Source: an uncultured Verrucomicrobia subdivision 3 bacterium
GTDB taxonomy: Bacteria > Verrucomicrobiota > Verrucomicrobiia > Limisphaerales > UBA11358
DNA: 64,000 nucleotides
NCBI GenBank assembly: GCA_903944085.1
Contig: CAJAQO010000198.1
Coordinates: 3,625 to 67,624, forward strand
Reading direction: 5' to 3'
The stretch's first letter is position 1, and every line of letters starts with the position of its first letter. A program made the translations under genes and the position numbers. Under the pieces are notes generated by a model, which did not search any database, had not been told where the DNA came from, and saw only the letters and a program-made list of their open reading frames with translations. Of this stretch, positions 1 through 10,600 are shown in pieces.

Positions 1-2739
1 GGCGCCATTTTTCTGGAGGTCAACCTCGGCATTCCGCGCGGGCCGGTGGATTTTATGAGTCCGCAATGGCAGGAACTGGTCGCGCACGCGATGCGGGAGG
101 CGGATCGTTTGGGCATTCAGATTGCACTGGGCGCCGGACCGGGCTGGTGTGGCACCGGCGGCCCATGGATCACGCCGGAACTCGCGATGCAGGATTTGGT
201 GGCGAGCACCACCAATGTGGCGGGCCCGGAAGTGTTTTCAGCCGAACTGCCGCAACCACAGCCCCGCGAGCCTTTTTTCGGCGAGGGCACGCTGACCCCG
301 GAACTCAAAAAAGAATGGCGCAATTTTTATCGGGATACCGCCGTGCTGGCGTTCCGCACGCCGGACGGCACGAACCGGATTGCCGAGGTGGATGAAAAAG
401 CCCTTTATTATCGCGCCCCATTTTCATCACAACCGGGAGTAAAACCGTTTCTGCCCGCGCTGGCGGAATATCCGGCGCTGCCGGCGGCGGACTGCATCCA
501 ACCGGGCGACGTCGTGGATCTGACGCAACAGCTTACTTCCGCTGGCCAGCTGAATTGGAAGGTGCCTCCGGGCCGTTGGACCATCATGCGCTTTGGTCGC
601 GCGCTGACCGGCCAGACGACGCGGCCCGCGCCGACGCCGGGTCTCGGTTTCGAAAGTGATAAGTTTAATCGCGCCGCACTGGACGCGCATTTTGCTGCTT
701 ATGTTCAGAAGCTGCTGGCCAGGATTGGACCGCGCACCAACGCGAACGGCGGACTGACGATGCTGCATTTCGACAGTTGGGAAATGAGTTCGCAAAACTG
801 GTCGCCCGGATTTCGCGCGGAATTTCGAAAACGCCGGGGTTATGATCCGTTGAAATATTTGCCCGCGCTGACCGGTCGCGTCGTGGGCAGCGAGGAAATG
901 TCGGAACGAGTCCTTTGGGATTTGCGGCGGACCGCCCAGGAACTCGTCGTGGAAAATCATGTCGGCTACTTGAAAATACTGGCCCACCGGAACGGGCTGA
1001 AACTTTCCGTTGAACCTTATGACTTGAATCCTGCCGGCGATCTGACGCTCGGCCGGGTGGCCGACGTGCCGCAATGCGAGTTTTGGCATCTTGGTTTTGA
1101 CACGGTTTACAGTGTCATCGAGGCGGCTTCGATTGCACACACCTGCGGCCGCAATGTGGTTGCCGCCGAAGCTTTCACCAGCAATCCGGGTGAAGATTGG
1201 CAGGCCGATCCGGCTTCCTTGAAAGTGCAGGGCGACTGGGCGTTTTGCACCGGCGTGAACCGTTTAGATTTTCACCGTTTTCAGGCCCAGCCGTGGACCA
1301 ATCGCTGGCCGGGTATGACGATGGGACCTTACGGTGTCCACTGGGATCGCACCCAGACTTGGTGGGATATGGTGCCCGCCTATCACGAATATCTGGCGCG
1401 TTGTCAGTCGCTCCTGCAGCGCGGCGTGACGGTGGCTGATGTTTGCTTTTTGGCAGGTGAAGGCGCGCCCTATGTTTTTCGCCCGCCGGATTCGGCCACG
1501 ACCGGAAATCCACCGGATCACGGCGGCTTTAACTTCGATGGTTGCGCGCCGGAAACCTTGCTTGAACGGGCCGAGGTGAAAAATGGCCAAGTCGTGTTTC
1601 CCGGCGGCACCAGTTACCGCCTGCTCGTGCTGCCGGAGCAACGAACGATGACGCCCGCGTTGCTGGCCAAAATCAAATCGCTCGTCCGCGCGGGCGCAAC
1701 GGTATTCGGCCCGCCGCCGGAAAAATCACCGAGTCTGCAAAATTTTCCAAAATGTGACGCCACCATTCAAAAACTCGCCCGGGAGCTTTGGGGCGGCTGT
1801 GATGGCAAAACCGTTTTCGCACACGCCTTCGGCAAAGGCCAGGTGGTCTGGCGGGAAACAAAAGTCAAACCGCAGGCAGAATATGGCGATTTCGCTGCGG
1901 TCACGTCCGAGCTTGCAGCAATGGGGGTGGTGCCGGATTTTGTCGCGGCTGGTCCCATTCGTTTCACGCACCGGCGCGATGGGGACACGGACATTTATTT
2001 TCTCGCCAATCGGGAAGATCGCGCCGTCGAAACAACCTGCCAGTTCCGCACGGTCGGTCGCCAGCCTGAACTGTGGGATTCGCAGACCGGCAAGACGCGG
2101 GAATTGCCGCAATTCACTTTTGGCGACGGCTGCACCACCATTCCAATGCATCTTGATCCGGAGCAATCGTGCTTTGTCATTTTTCGGAAACCGGTGGCAA
2201 AGGTGGCAACTCAAGAAATAAACTTTCCAAGTTTCCGGGATGCCGGGGTGTCCTTCTCGGGTCCGTGGGAAGTCAGCTTCGATCCTAAATGGGGCGGGCC
2301 GGAAAAAATCAGCTTCGACACGCTGGACAATTGGAGCCGACGCCCGGAGGCTGGCATCAAGTATTACTCCGGCCGGGCAACTTACCGAAAAATATTTACT
2401 TTGCCGACCGCATCGGTGGTGGCGGGCCAAAAATATTTTCTGGACCTGGGCGTGGTGAAGAATCTGGCGCGCGTCCGCCTGAACGGCCACGATCTTGGTG
2501 TCATTTGGTGTCATCCATGGCGAATTGAAGTCAGCGACGCCATTCAGCCAGGGGAAAATCATTTGGAGATCGAGGTGGCCAACCTCTGGCCCAACCGGCT
2601 CATTGGCGACCAGTCGTTGCCGCCGGAGAAGCAATTTACTTGGACCACCCGTAATCCCTACCAGAAAAATTCGCCGCTGCTGTCGTCGGGCCTGCTCGGT
2701 CCGGTGGTGCTCTTGCAGGCAGATCCGGCGACCCATTAG
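1..2739 (+). CDS. GH106 alpha-L-rhamnosidase-like glycoside hydrolase (5' truncated by window edge)
   Basis: Frame open from base 1 (GAIFLEVNLGIPRGPVDFMS...). GH106 motifs GPGWCGTGGPW, LHFDSWE, AAEAFT, GVNRLDFH; C-terminal jelly-roll LDLGVVKNLARVRLNG...EVANLWPNRLIGD. Confidence 0.88.
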   Translation, partial: GAIFLEVNLGIPRGPVDFMSPQWQELVAHAMREADRLGIQIALGAGPGWCGTGGPWITPELAMQDLVASTTNVAGPEVFSAELPQPQPREPFFGEGTLTPELKKEWRNFYRDTAVLAFRTPDGTNRIAEVDEKALYYRAPFSSQPGVKPFLPALAEYPALPAADCIQPGDVVDLTQQLTSAGQLNWKVPPGRWTIMRFGRALTGQTTRPAPTPGLGFESDKFNRAALDAHFAAYVQKLLARIGPRTNANGGLTMLHFDSWEMSSQNWSPGFRAEFRKRRGYDPLKYLPALTGRVVGSEEMSERVLWDLRRTAQELVVENHVGYLKILAHRNGLKLSVEPYDLNPAGDLTLGRVADVPQCEFWHLGFDTVYSVIEAASIAHTCGRNVVAAEAFTSNPGEDWQADPASLKVQGDWAFCTGVNRLDFHRFQAQPWTNRWPGMTMGPYGVHWDRTQTWWDMVPAYHEYLARCQSLLQRGVTVADVCFLAGEGAPYVFRPPDSATTGNPPDHGGFNFDGCAPETLLERAEVKNGQVVFPGGTSYRLLVLPEQRTMTPALLAKIKSLVRAGATVFGPPPEKSPSLQNFPKCDATIQKLARELWGGCDGKTVFAHAFGKGQVVWRETKVKPQAEYGDFAAVTSELAAMGVVPDFVAAGPIRFTHRRDGDTDIYFLANREDRAVETTCQFRTVGRQPELWDSQTGKTRELPQFTFGDGCTTIPMHLDPEQSCFVIFRKPVAKVATQEINFPSFRDAGVSFSGPWEVSFDPKWGGPEKISFDTLDNWSRRPEAGIKYYSGRATYRKIFTLPTASVVAGQKYFLDLGVVKNLARVRLNGHDLGVIWCHPWRIEVSDAIQPGENHLEIEVANLWPNRLIGDQSLPPEKQFTWTTRNPYQKNSPLLSSGLLGPVVLLQADPATH

Positions 2740-2764
2740 GTTTTCAATTTATTAGGCAATAATT

Positions 2765-4585
2765 TTGACAACCCAAATTGAATCGACCGCATTTCCCGAG
2801 CCTGTCGGTTCGGGCAGATTGTCAAAAAGCCTGACCAAAACTAAGTGCAACAAAAATAAAATTATGGCGTCTCTTCTAATAGCCAATAGTTTACTTGGCA
2901 AGTCACTTGCGGCCACGCGTCAAATCATTCAGGCGTCGCTGGGCAACATTATCTACATTCTTATACTTTGCAGTCTTGCCGTGGCGGATAGCCAGACAGC
3001 GGCAGTTGCCAGCGGGCCGCGCATTGTGAACCTTTACAATTTTGTCCGAAACTCCGATTCGCGCCTGGCGAATTCCGAAGAAATTCTTTTTGAAACCACC
3101 CGGCGACAGATAGAGTTGATTAAATCGGCCAATCTGCCGGCGACTTGGGCTTTGCAATATGATGCACTGCTCAATCCCCGCTATCAAAAGCTCTTCAAGG
3201 AACAATTGGGAACCAATGACGAGATCGCGGCTTGGTGGGAACTGCCGCGGCCATTGGTTGAAAAGGCCGGCCTGAAGTGGCGGGGCCGGCACGACTGGGA
3301 TTGGGCGGCGAATGTCGGCTTTTCGCCGGGTTACACTCCGGCCGAACGGCGCAAACTGGTGGACGTTTACATGGCCGATTTCAAAGCGATCTTTGGTTGT
3401 TATCCCCGGACGGTTGGTTCCTGGTATATAGACGAAGTGACCTTGGCTTATATGGGCGAGAAATACGGCATTGTCGCCTCGTGCAACTGCAAAGACCAGG
3501 TTGGCACGGACGGCTATACGCTGTGGGGCGGTTATTGGAATCAAGCTTACTATCCCAGTCGGCTCAACGCCTATATGCCTGCCCAAACCAAGGCCGCGCA
3601 GATTAATGTGCCGATCTTTCGAATGCTGGGCAGCGATCCCATTTATCAACATGGCACCACGCCCGGCATGTTCACCCTTGAACCAGTTTATCCGGCGGCG
3701 GGAGGCTCGGCCGATTGGGTCGCATGGTTTATGAACAACCTAATTCATCAACCTGCGCTGGCGTTCGGCTTTACTCAGGCTGGGCAGGAAAATTCGTTTG
3801 GCTGGGAGGCGATGAAAACGGGGCTGACCCAACAGGTGGCGCTCTTTGCCGCGCAGGCCAAGGCTGGCGAAATTCAGGTCGAGACGTTGGCGCAAGCCGG
3901 GCAATGGTTTCGGAGTCATTATACCCTCACACCGCCCACCTCCGTGGTTTGTCTTGATGATTGGAAACATGAAAACCGCCAAACCATCTGGTATGACAGC
4001 CGTTTTTATCGGGTGAACATTCTTTGGGAAAACGGGACGTTTTTTATCCGTGATATGCACCGCTTCAATGAAAACATGGTCTCGGCAACCCATGACACCG
4101 CGCTGACTACCACCGCTTTGGCTTATGGAACTCTTCCCGTAATGGATGGCGCTCTCTGGTCCGGGTCACAACCGGCGGCCATTTGGCCGGTGTTGCTTGC
4201 GCGCGACGGCAAGAAAACACCACTGTTACCGGAGGGGCCATCTGCTGTCAAGGAACTGAACGCAACTGATTTGAGTATCAGTCAGCCGCTTCGCGGAGGC
4301 GGAACCTTTTCGATTATTTGCAGCGAACGCAATATCACCTGCATCGGGTTGGACGCACGCGGGCGACCTTTGCCTTGGGCTTGGGATATGGTCGGCGGCG
4401 CGCAGCAAAAATCCGCCGTTCAGACGGTCACGTCTACCGCTGTCACTTACATTTGTGCTGCGTTAAAATATCAACTCAAACTGTCCCCGAAGACGGGTTC
4501 CTGCCAGCAATTAACCAATGGGGCCATTCGACTAAGTCCCAATAATTCCGGGAAACTTGTTTTGAACTTAGCTGCAACCCCGTAG
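2765..4585 (+). CDS. Conserved hypothetical exported protein, putative NodB/GH57-like barrel carbohydrate-active enzyme; true start probably downstream (e.g. 2864)
   Basis: 606 aa ORF. Hydrophobic leader IIYILILCSLAVA, then PATWALQYDAL, EIAAWWE, FKAIFGCYPRTVGSWYID, KDQVGTDGYTLWGGYWNQAYYPS. The FGxxP-x-x-x-G pattern resembles deacetylase/GH57-type barrels. Lies in a CAZyme cluster. Confidence 0.6.
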   Translation: MTTQIESTAFPEPVGSGRLSKSLTKTKCNKNKIMASLLIANSLLGKSLAATRQIIQASLGNIIYILILCSLAVADSQTAAVASGPRIVNLYNFVRNSDSRLANSEEILFETTRRQIELIKSANLPATWALQYDALLNPRYQKLFKEQLGTNDEIAAWWELPRPLVEKAGLKWRGRHDWDWAANVGFSPGYTPAERRKLVDVYMADFKAIFGCYPRTVGSWYIDEVTLAYMGEKYGIVASCNCKDQVGTDGYTLWGGYWNQAYYPSRLNAYMPAQTKAAQINVPIFRMLGSDPIYQHGTTPGMFTLEPVYPAAGGSADWVAWFMNNLIHQPALAFGFTQAGQENSFGWEAMKTGLTQQVALFAAQAKAGEIQVETLAQAGQWFRSHYTLTPPTSVVCLDDWKHENRQTIWYDSRFYRVNILWENGTFFIRDMHRFNENMVSATHDTALTTTALAYGTLPVMDGALWSGSQPAAIWPVLLARDGKKTPLLPEGPSAVKELNATDLSISQPLRGGGTFSIICSERNITCIGLDARGRPLPWAWDMVGGAQQKSAVQTVTSTAVTYICAALKYQLKLSPKTGSCQQLTNGAIRLSPNNSGKLVLNLAATP

Positions 4586-4600
4586 GTTGCCAAAATTATT

Positions 4601-7600
4601 GTGAATAAACTGAAATTGTCCAAAATAAAAATCGTTGTAGGTTTTGCTTTTCTGGGTGCATTGATGTTCGTCAATCCCACTTCGGCGCAACTTACTGTCA
4701 TGACGACCAACCAGCAGGGTGCCTTGCCGCTAACCCCGACATGGACTCCGGCCACAGACAGTTTGATCGGCGGTCTGGTTCCCAGCACGGCATTGGGCAA
4801 TTTCAGCGAGGAAGCTATCGGTCGGAATGTCAATTCCCTGACATCTGGCGGCGCTCTCACGATTACTTCGACAATGAACTCAGGAGGTTCAGGAACCACC
4901 GCCGGCACAAACTATGTGACCTGTGGCAATGCGGCCGGTGCCGGAAGCACGGTCATTTATACGCTGCCAGTTTCTATCTATGGATATAATCTAACTAATA
5001 TTACGGTTTACAGCGGCTGGCAAGACAATGGTCGCGACGCCCAGGCCTACACGGTATCTTATGCGACGGTGGTCAATCCAACGGTGTTTACGGTGCTAAC
5101 GTCTGTCAATTACAACCCATCAGTTCCAGGCAGCACCGCGTCAGCCAACCGCGTGATTCTTGCCGATGCGGCGGGCGGATTGATCGCCAGTAACACTGCC
5201 GCTGTGAAGTTTGATTTCACCTCGCCGAGTTCTGAGAATGGTTATTGTGGTTACGGTGCCATTACGGTCGAAGGAATCGCAGCGACAAATGTGACTGGGC
5301 CGATCATTGTCATCACAACCTCAAACCAAAACAGCAGCGTCTCGTTTATCCCCACCTGGACGATTGAAACTAACAATCTGATCGCCGGAAAGATGCCCAG
5401 CAGCATCGGTGCAGGCAACTTCACAATTGAATCTGGAGTGAGCGGCGTAAGCGCGCTGACAGACGGAACCTTTGGCGCAGTTGACAATAAAGCGTCCTAT
5501 GCCACATGCGGTTCGCTTGGCGGGCAGTTGGTCACTTATACCATCGGCGGTGCCACCATTGCCAACATCGTGATTTATAGTGGCTGGCCTGATCAAAATC
5601 GTGATGGCCAATTTTATAATATTACCTATTCGACCGTGTCGGCACCCACGACGTTCATCCCCTTGACGAGCGTTAATTATAACCCCGCTGTCACGGGCAT
5701 TTCTGCCAACCGGGTGGCCATTGCAAACAACAATGGCATGCCGCTTGCCACGAATGTGGCTTTCATTACATTCGACTTTACTCCCCAAGATAGCAGCACT
5801 GATTACGGGTATTCGGGCTATGCTGAAATTGTTGTCGGCGGAGTTGCGCCACCCCAGGTCGCGATCCCCACAGCCTCGCCGTCCACCAATTTTTTTGTCG
5901 GCAGTTTGGTTGTGCTTTCAGAGTCTGCTCAAGGCCTTGCCCCATTCTATTATCATTGGCAAACTAATGGAACAGTCCTGCCTGGCGCCACCAATAGTTC
6001 CCTGACCTTGAGCAATCTCACCTTGGCGGCTTCCGGCAATTATAGTGTAATCGTTAGCAACGATTACGGCGCGGCCACGAGCGCGCCGGTGAGGTTATCA
6101 GTGACACTCGATACAAATCCACCGGTGGTCCTGCGGGTCTTCAACCTAGGCCCGACAAATGTCGAGGTGGATTTTTCTAAAATGATCGAGGCCGCCAGCG
6201 CTACGAATCTGGCAAATTATCATTTTACCAACGGCTTGGCGATTGCGACCGCCGCACTCACGATCAACAACTCGTCAGTTTTGCTGACTATGGCACCGGT
6301 AGTTTATGGAACCAACTACAGCCTTGTCATTAATGGAATTCGTGATCGAGCCATTCCGCCGAATACCATTGTTACAAACACACAAGTCAGTTTTACGGCT
6401 TCGCCGTTTGCGCCGCTGGATATCGGCAATCCGGCCATTGCGTCCGCTGACATTTATACGGGCAGCGGCGTAATCATCAACAGCGCCGGCACCTTGATTG
6501 GCGGCAACAGTGATCAGTTCAATTTTGAATATGAACTCCAGACCGGAAATTTCGACGTCTCGGTCTGCGTTGCTGGATTGGGCTTGTCTGACCTTTGGGC
6601 ACAAGCTGGTCTCATGGCGCGGGCAAGTTTGGATGCCAGCAGTCCTTTCGCCGCTGCGCTAGCCACGCCTAGTTTGAATGGAGAATTCTTTAATGCGCGG
6701 CTTACCACGAACGGTGCCGCCTCCACTTCGGGAAGTTTTCCCGTCAACTATCCCAACACTTGGCTGCGACTAAATCGTGTTGGCAATGTGTTCACTGGCT
6801 TCGGCAGTTACGACGGCACCAACTGGACGCAGTTGGGCAGCGTGACCATTGGGATGCCGGCGCAGATTTATCTCGGCCTGGCGGTGGCCAGTCATAGCTC
6901 CAGCCAACTGACTACGGCACAATTTGTGAATTATGAAAACACGCCCGCCGGTGCAGTGCTGGCGGCAACGGCCAATCCGCACGAACCGTTGGGACCGAGC
7001 AGTCGCAAAACCGGCATAGTCATTTCCGAAATCATGTATAAACCTGCGCCGCGCACTGACAGCAACAATGTGGAGTTTTTGGAGATTTATAACTCCAACC
7101 CATTTTTTCAGGACATCAGCAGTTATCAAGTGACGTGTGCGGACATGAGCTACAAGTTTCCCGCCAACACGCTGATTCCAGGTGGCGGCTTTTTCGTCTT
7201 GGCCGCTTCGCCGCAGGGCATCCAAAATGTTTATGGGCTGACGACTAATGTCTTTGGTCCCTATACTGGCAGCCTCAAGAAAACTGAGACCATTCAAGTG
7301 CTTGATGAGCAAAGCAACGTTTTACTCACGGTGCCTTATGCCAATGTTAATCCGTGGCCGGTGGCGGCGGATGGCACAGGCCACTCCATTGTGCTGGCTA
7401 ATCCTACTTACGGTGAAGAAGACCCGCGCGCCTGGGACATCAGCGACGTCGTGGGTGGTTCGCCCGACCAGATGGAATCATTTCGCCCCAGTCCGCTCCG
7501 AAATGTGGTAATCAACGAAATCCTGCCACACTCGGAAAATCCTGCCCTGCCACAGTTCGTCGAACTCTATAATCACAGCACAAACCTCGTGGATGTGTCG

Positions 7601-10600
7601 GGCTGCATTTTGACGGATGATCCGGCGACCAATAAGTTTGTTATCCCATTCGGCACCGTGATCAGCCCCGCTGGTTTTGTTTCCTTCACGCAACCGCAAT
7701 TGGGTTTCACGCTCAACGGCGCGGGTGAGACGCTTTACTTCATCAAACCGGATCACAGCCGTGTCTTGGACGCCGTTCAATTCGGTCCGCAGGCCAACGG
7801 TGTTTCCTATGGCCGCTGGCCGGATGGTGCGAATGACTTTTATGCCTTGACCACCAATACGCCGGGCACGAACAACAGCGCCATTGTCGTTGGTGATATT
7901 GTCATCAATGAACTGATGTATGACCCGATCAGCGGCAATGACGCCGACCAATACATCGAACTTTACAACAAAGGAACGAACGCCGTCAATTTGGCCGGCT
8001 GGCAGTTCACCGCCGGAGTTACTTTCACTTTTCCCAGCGTGACAATTGCACCGAATGGTTATTTGGTGATTGCTCAAAACATGACCAATTTATTCGCCAA
8101 ATACACCAACTTAAACAGCGGCAACACGGTGGGCAATTACAGTGGCAAGTTATCGCACAGCGGCGAGTTACTGGTGTTAGCCATGCCGCAGACCCTTTAC
8201 ACCAATACAATCATCTTGGTGGCGGAAGACCAGGTGGCTTATGGTGTCGGCGGACGCTGGGGTGAATGGTCTTCTGGCGGCGGCAGCAGTCTCGAATTGG
8301 TTGATCCACATTCCAATCATCGGCTGGCCGCGAATTGGGCGGACAGCGATGAATCCCAGAAATCTGTCTGGGTGGACATTGAAAACACGGGCGTGCTGGA
8401 CAATGGAGCGAATTATGATCCGTCCATTGATTACGCGCAGATTGGCCCGCTGGATGTCGGAGAATGTTTGGTGGATAACATCGAGGTGGATTACAACGGG
8501 AGCAACTATGTTTCCAACGGCACGTTTGAAGGAAGCGCAGGCGTTGCCAACTGGTCGTTCCAAGGCTGCATGGTGCGTTCGAGTTTGGAAAACAGCGGCT
8601 ATGGCGGCGGCGGCCATTCCTTGCATATTCGGTGCAGCGACCGGCTATGGACCGGAGTCAATTCCTGCCAGGTCACTTTGAATGCAAACTCGATGGCAGC
8701 CGGGCAGACGGCGACGCTCCGCTTCAAGGCGCGCTGGCTGCACGGGTGGCCGGAAGCCCTGTTGCGCTTGAATGGCAACTGGCTCGAAGCTGCGGGAGCA
8801 ATGCCGGTTCCGACTAACCTCGGCTCACCGGGCGCTCCAAACAGCCGGTTTTCACCCAATGCCGGACCGGCTATCTACAACGTAAATCATACTCCAAGCC
8901 TGCCGGCAGCCAACCAAGCGGCCGTGGTGAGCGCTCAGGTGCATGACCCGGATGCCATTACCAACCTGACACTTTATTACCGGCTTGATCCGGCGACGAC
9001 TTATACCGCCGTGCCAATGAATGACAACGGCATGGGTGGTGATGCGATTGCCGGCGACGGCGTTTTCAGCGCGGCCATTCCCGGCCAAAGTGCGAATACG
9101 ATTGCCGCGTTTTACATCTCCGCCACGGACACATCGGGAGCGGTGACGCGTTTTCCGGCGATCCGCGCCAATGACAACGAACCGGTGCGCGAAGGCTTGG
9201 TCATGTTTGGCGACGGCACTCCGGGCGGCAGCTTTGGCGTGTATCATTTGTGGATCACGCAATCGAATGCGAACCGATGGGCCAGTTTATCCGACCTAAG
9301 CAACGAGGGAAATGATTGCACCTTCGTGAACGACTCCCGCGTGATTTACAACCTGCAGGGCCGGTTTGCAGGTAGTCCGGCGCATCAGGAGTTTGACACT
9401 CCCACAGGCAACTTGTGCCATTACAAATGGATTTTCAATGACGATGACAAGTTTTTGGGGGCGACATCTTTCAACAAAATTCATCAGCCGGGAAACTCTC
9501 CGGGCGATGATCCCAGCATCCAGCGCGAACAGTTGGCCAACACGTTTCTGCACACGCTGGGGGTGCCCTGGCTCTACAAACGCTACGCGGCGGTCTATGT
9601 CAACGGCAATCGCCGGGGCACTTTGATGGAAGACACCCAGGTGCCGGACGGTGATATCGTGAAAGAACATTTTCCCAATGACACCGGTGGCTTCCTTTAC
9701 AAAATGCAACCCTGGTTTGAAATGGCCCCATTCCCTTCGGGTTCCAGCATCGGCGTTGACCTTCAATCCTGGTGCTGCCTGATGCCTTATACTACCACCG
9801 GAGGCATGAAGAAAGCTTCCCGCTACCGCTACATGTTTGAGCTCCGCCGCGCGCCGGATTCGGACAGCGATTTTACCAATGTCTATTCCCTGGTGGATGC
9901 GGCCAGTTCTTATGGCACACCCAACTATGTGGCCAATATGGAGAATCTGGCGAACATGGAAAATTGGATGCGGGTGTTCGCCGCCAACCACGCGGCGGGA
10001 AACTTTGACGCTTATGGTTCGCAAAACGCCCAGAATCTTTATGGCTACATCGGCACGCTGGGCACAAAATACTCCTTGTTGATGTGGGATTTCAACATTG
10101 TTATTGGTGTCCCTGGCGTCGGTTACTCCGCTTGGGCGCCGGGCCAGAACTTATTCACTGTTAATGGTGCGGATGCCAACACACAGAACATTTACAACGA
10201 GCCAACCTTCCGGCGGATGTATTGGCGAGCATTGCAGGAACTGGTCAATGGACCTCTAAACACAGCCAATAGCGGACCTCTGGTGACGGCCAAATACAAC
10301 GCATTTGTTGCCAACGGACTCAGTGTCGAAAATCCTGCCGTGAACATTGAGCCTTGGCTGTCGCAGGCGCAGAGTAGCATTGCGTTGCAACTGGCGGCCG
10401 TCAATGCCGCCAGTTTCGCCGTGAATACCACCGTGACGACCTGTAACAATATGGCGTATGTTACCGGCCAGGCACCGGTTAATGTGGCCACCGTCTGGAT
10501 CAACGACGTGGCGTATCCTCTAACTTGGATCACGCTGACCAATTGGGTCGTCAAATTGCCTTTGGCCAGCGGAACCAATCAGTTGAGTGTGGTGGGTGTG

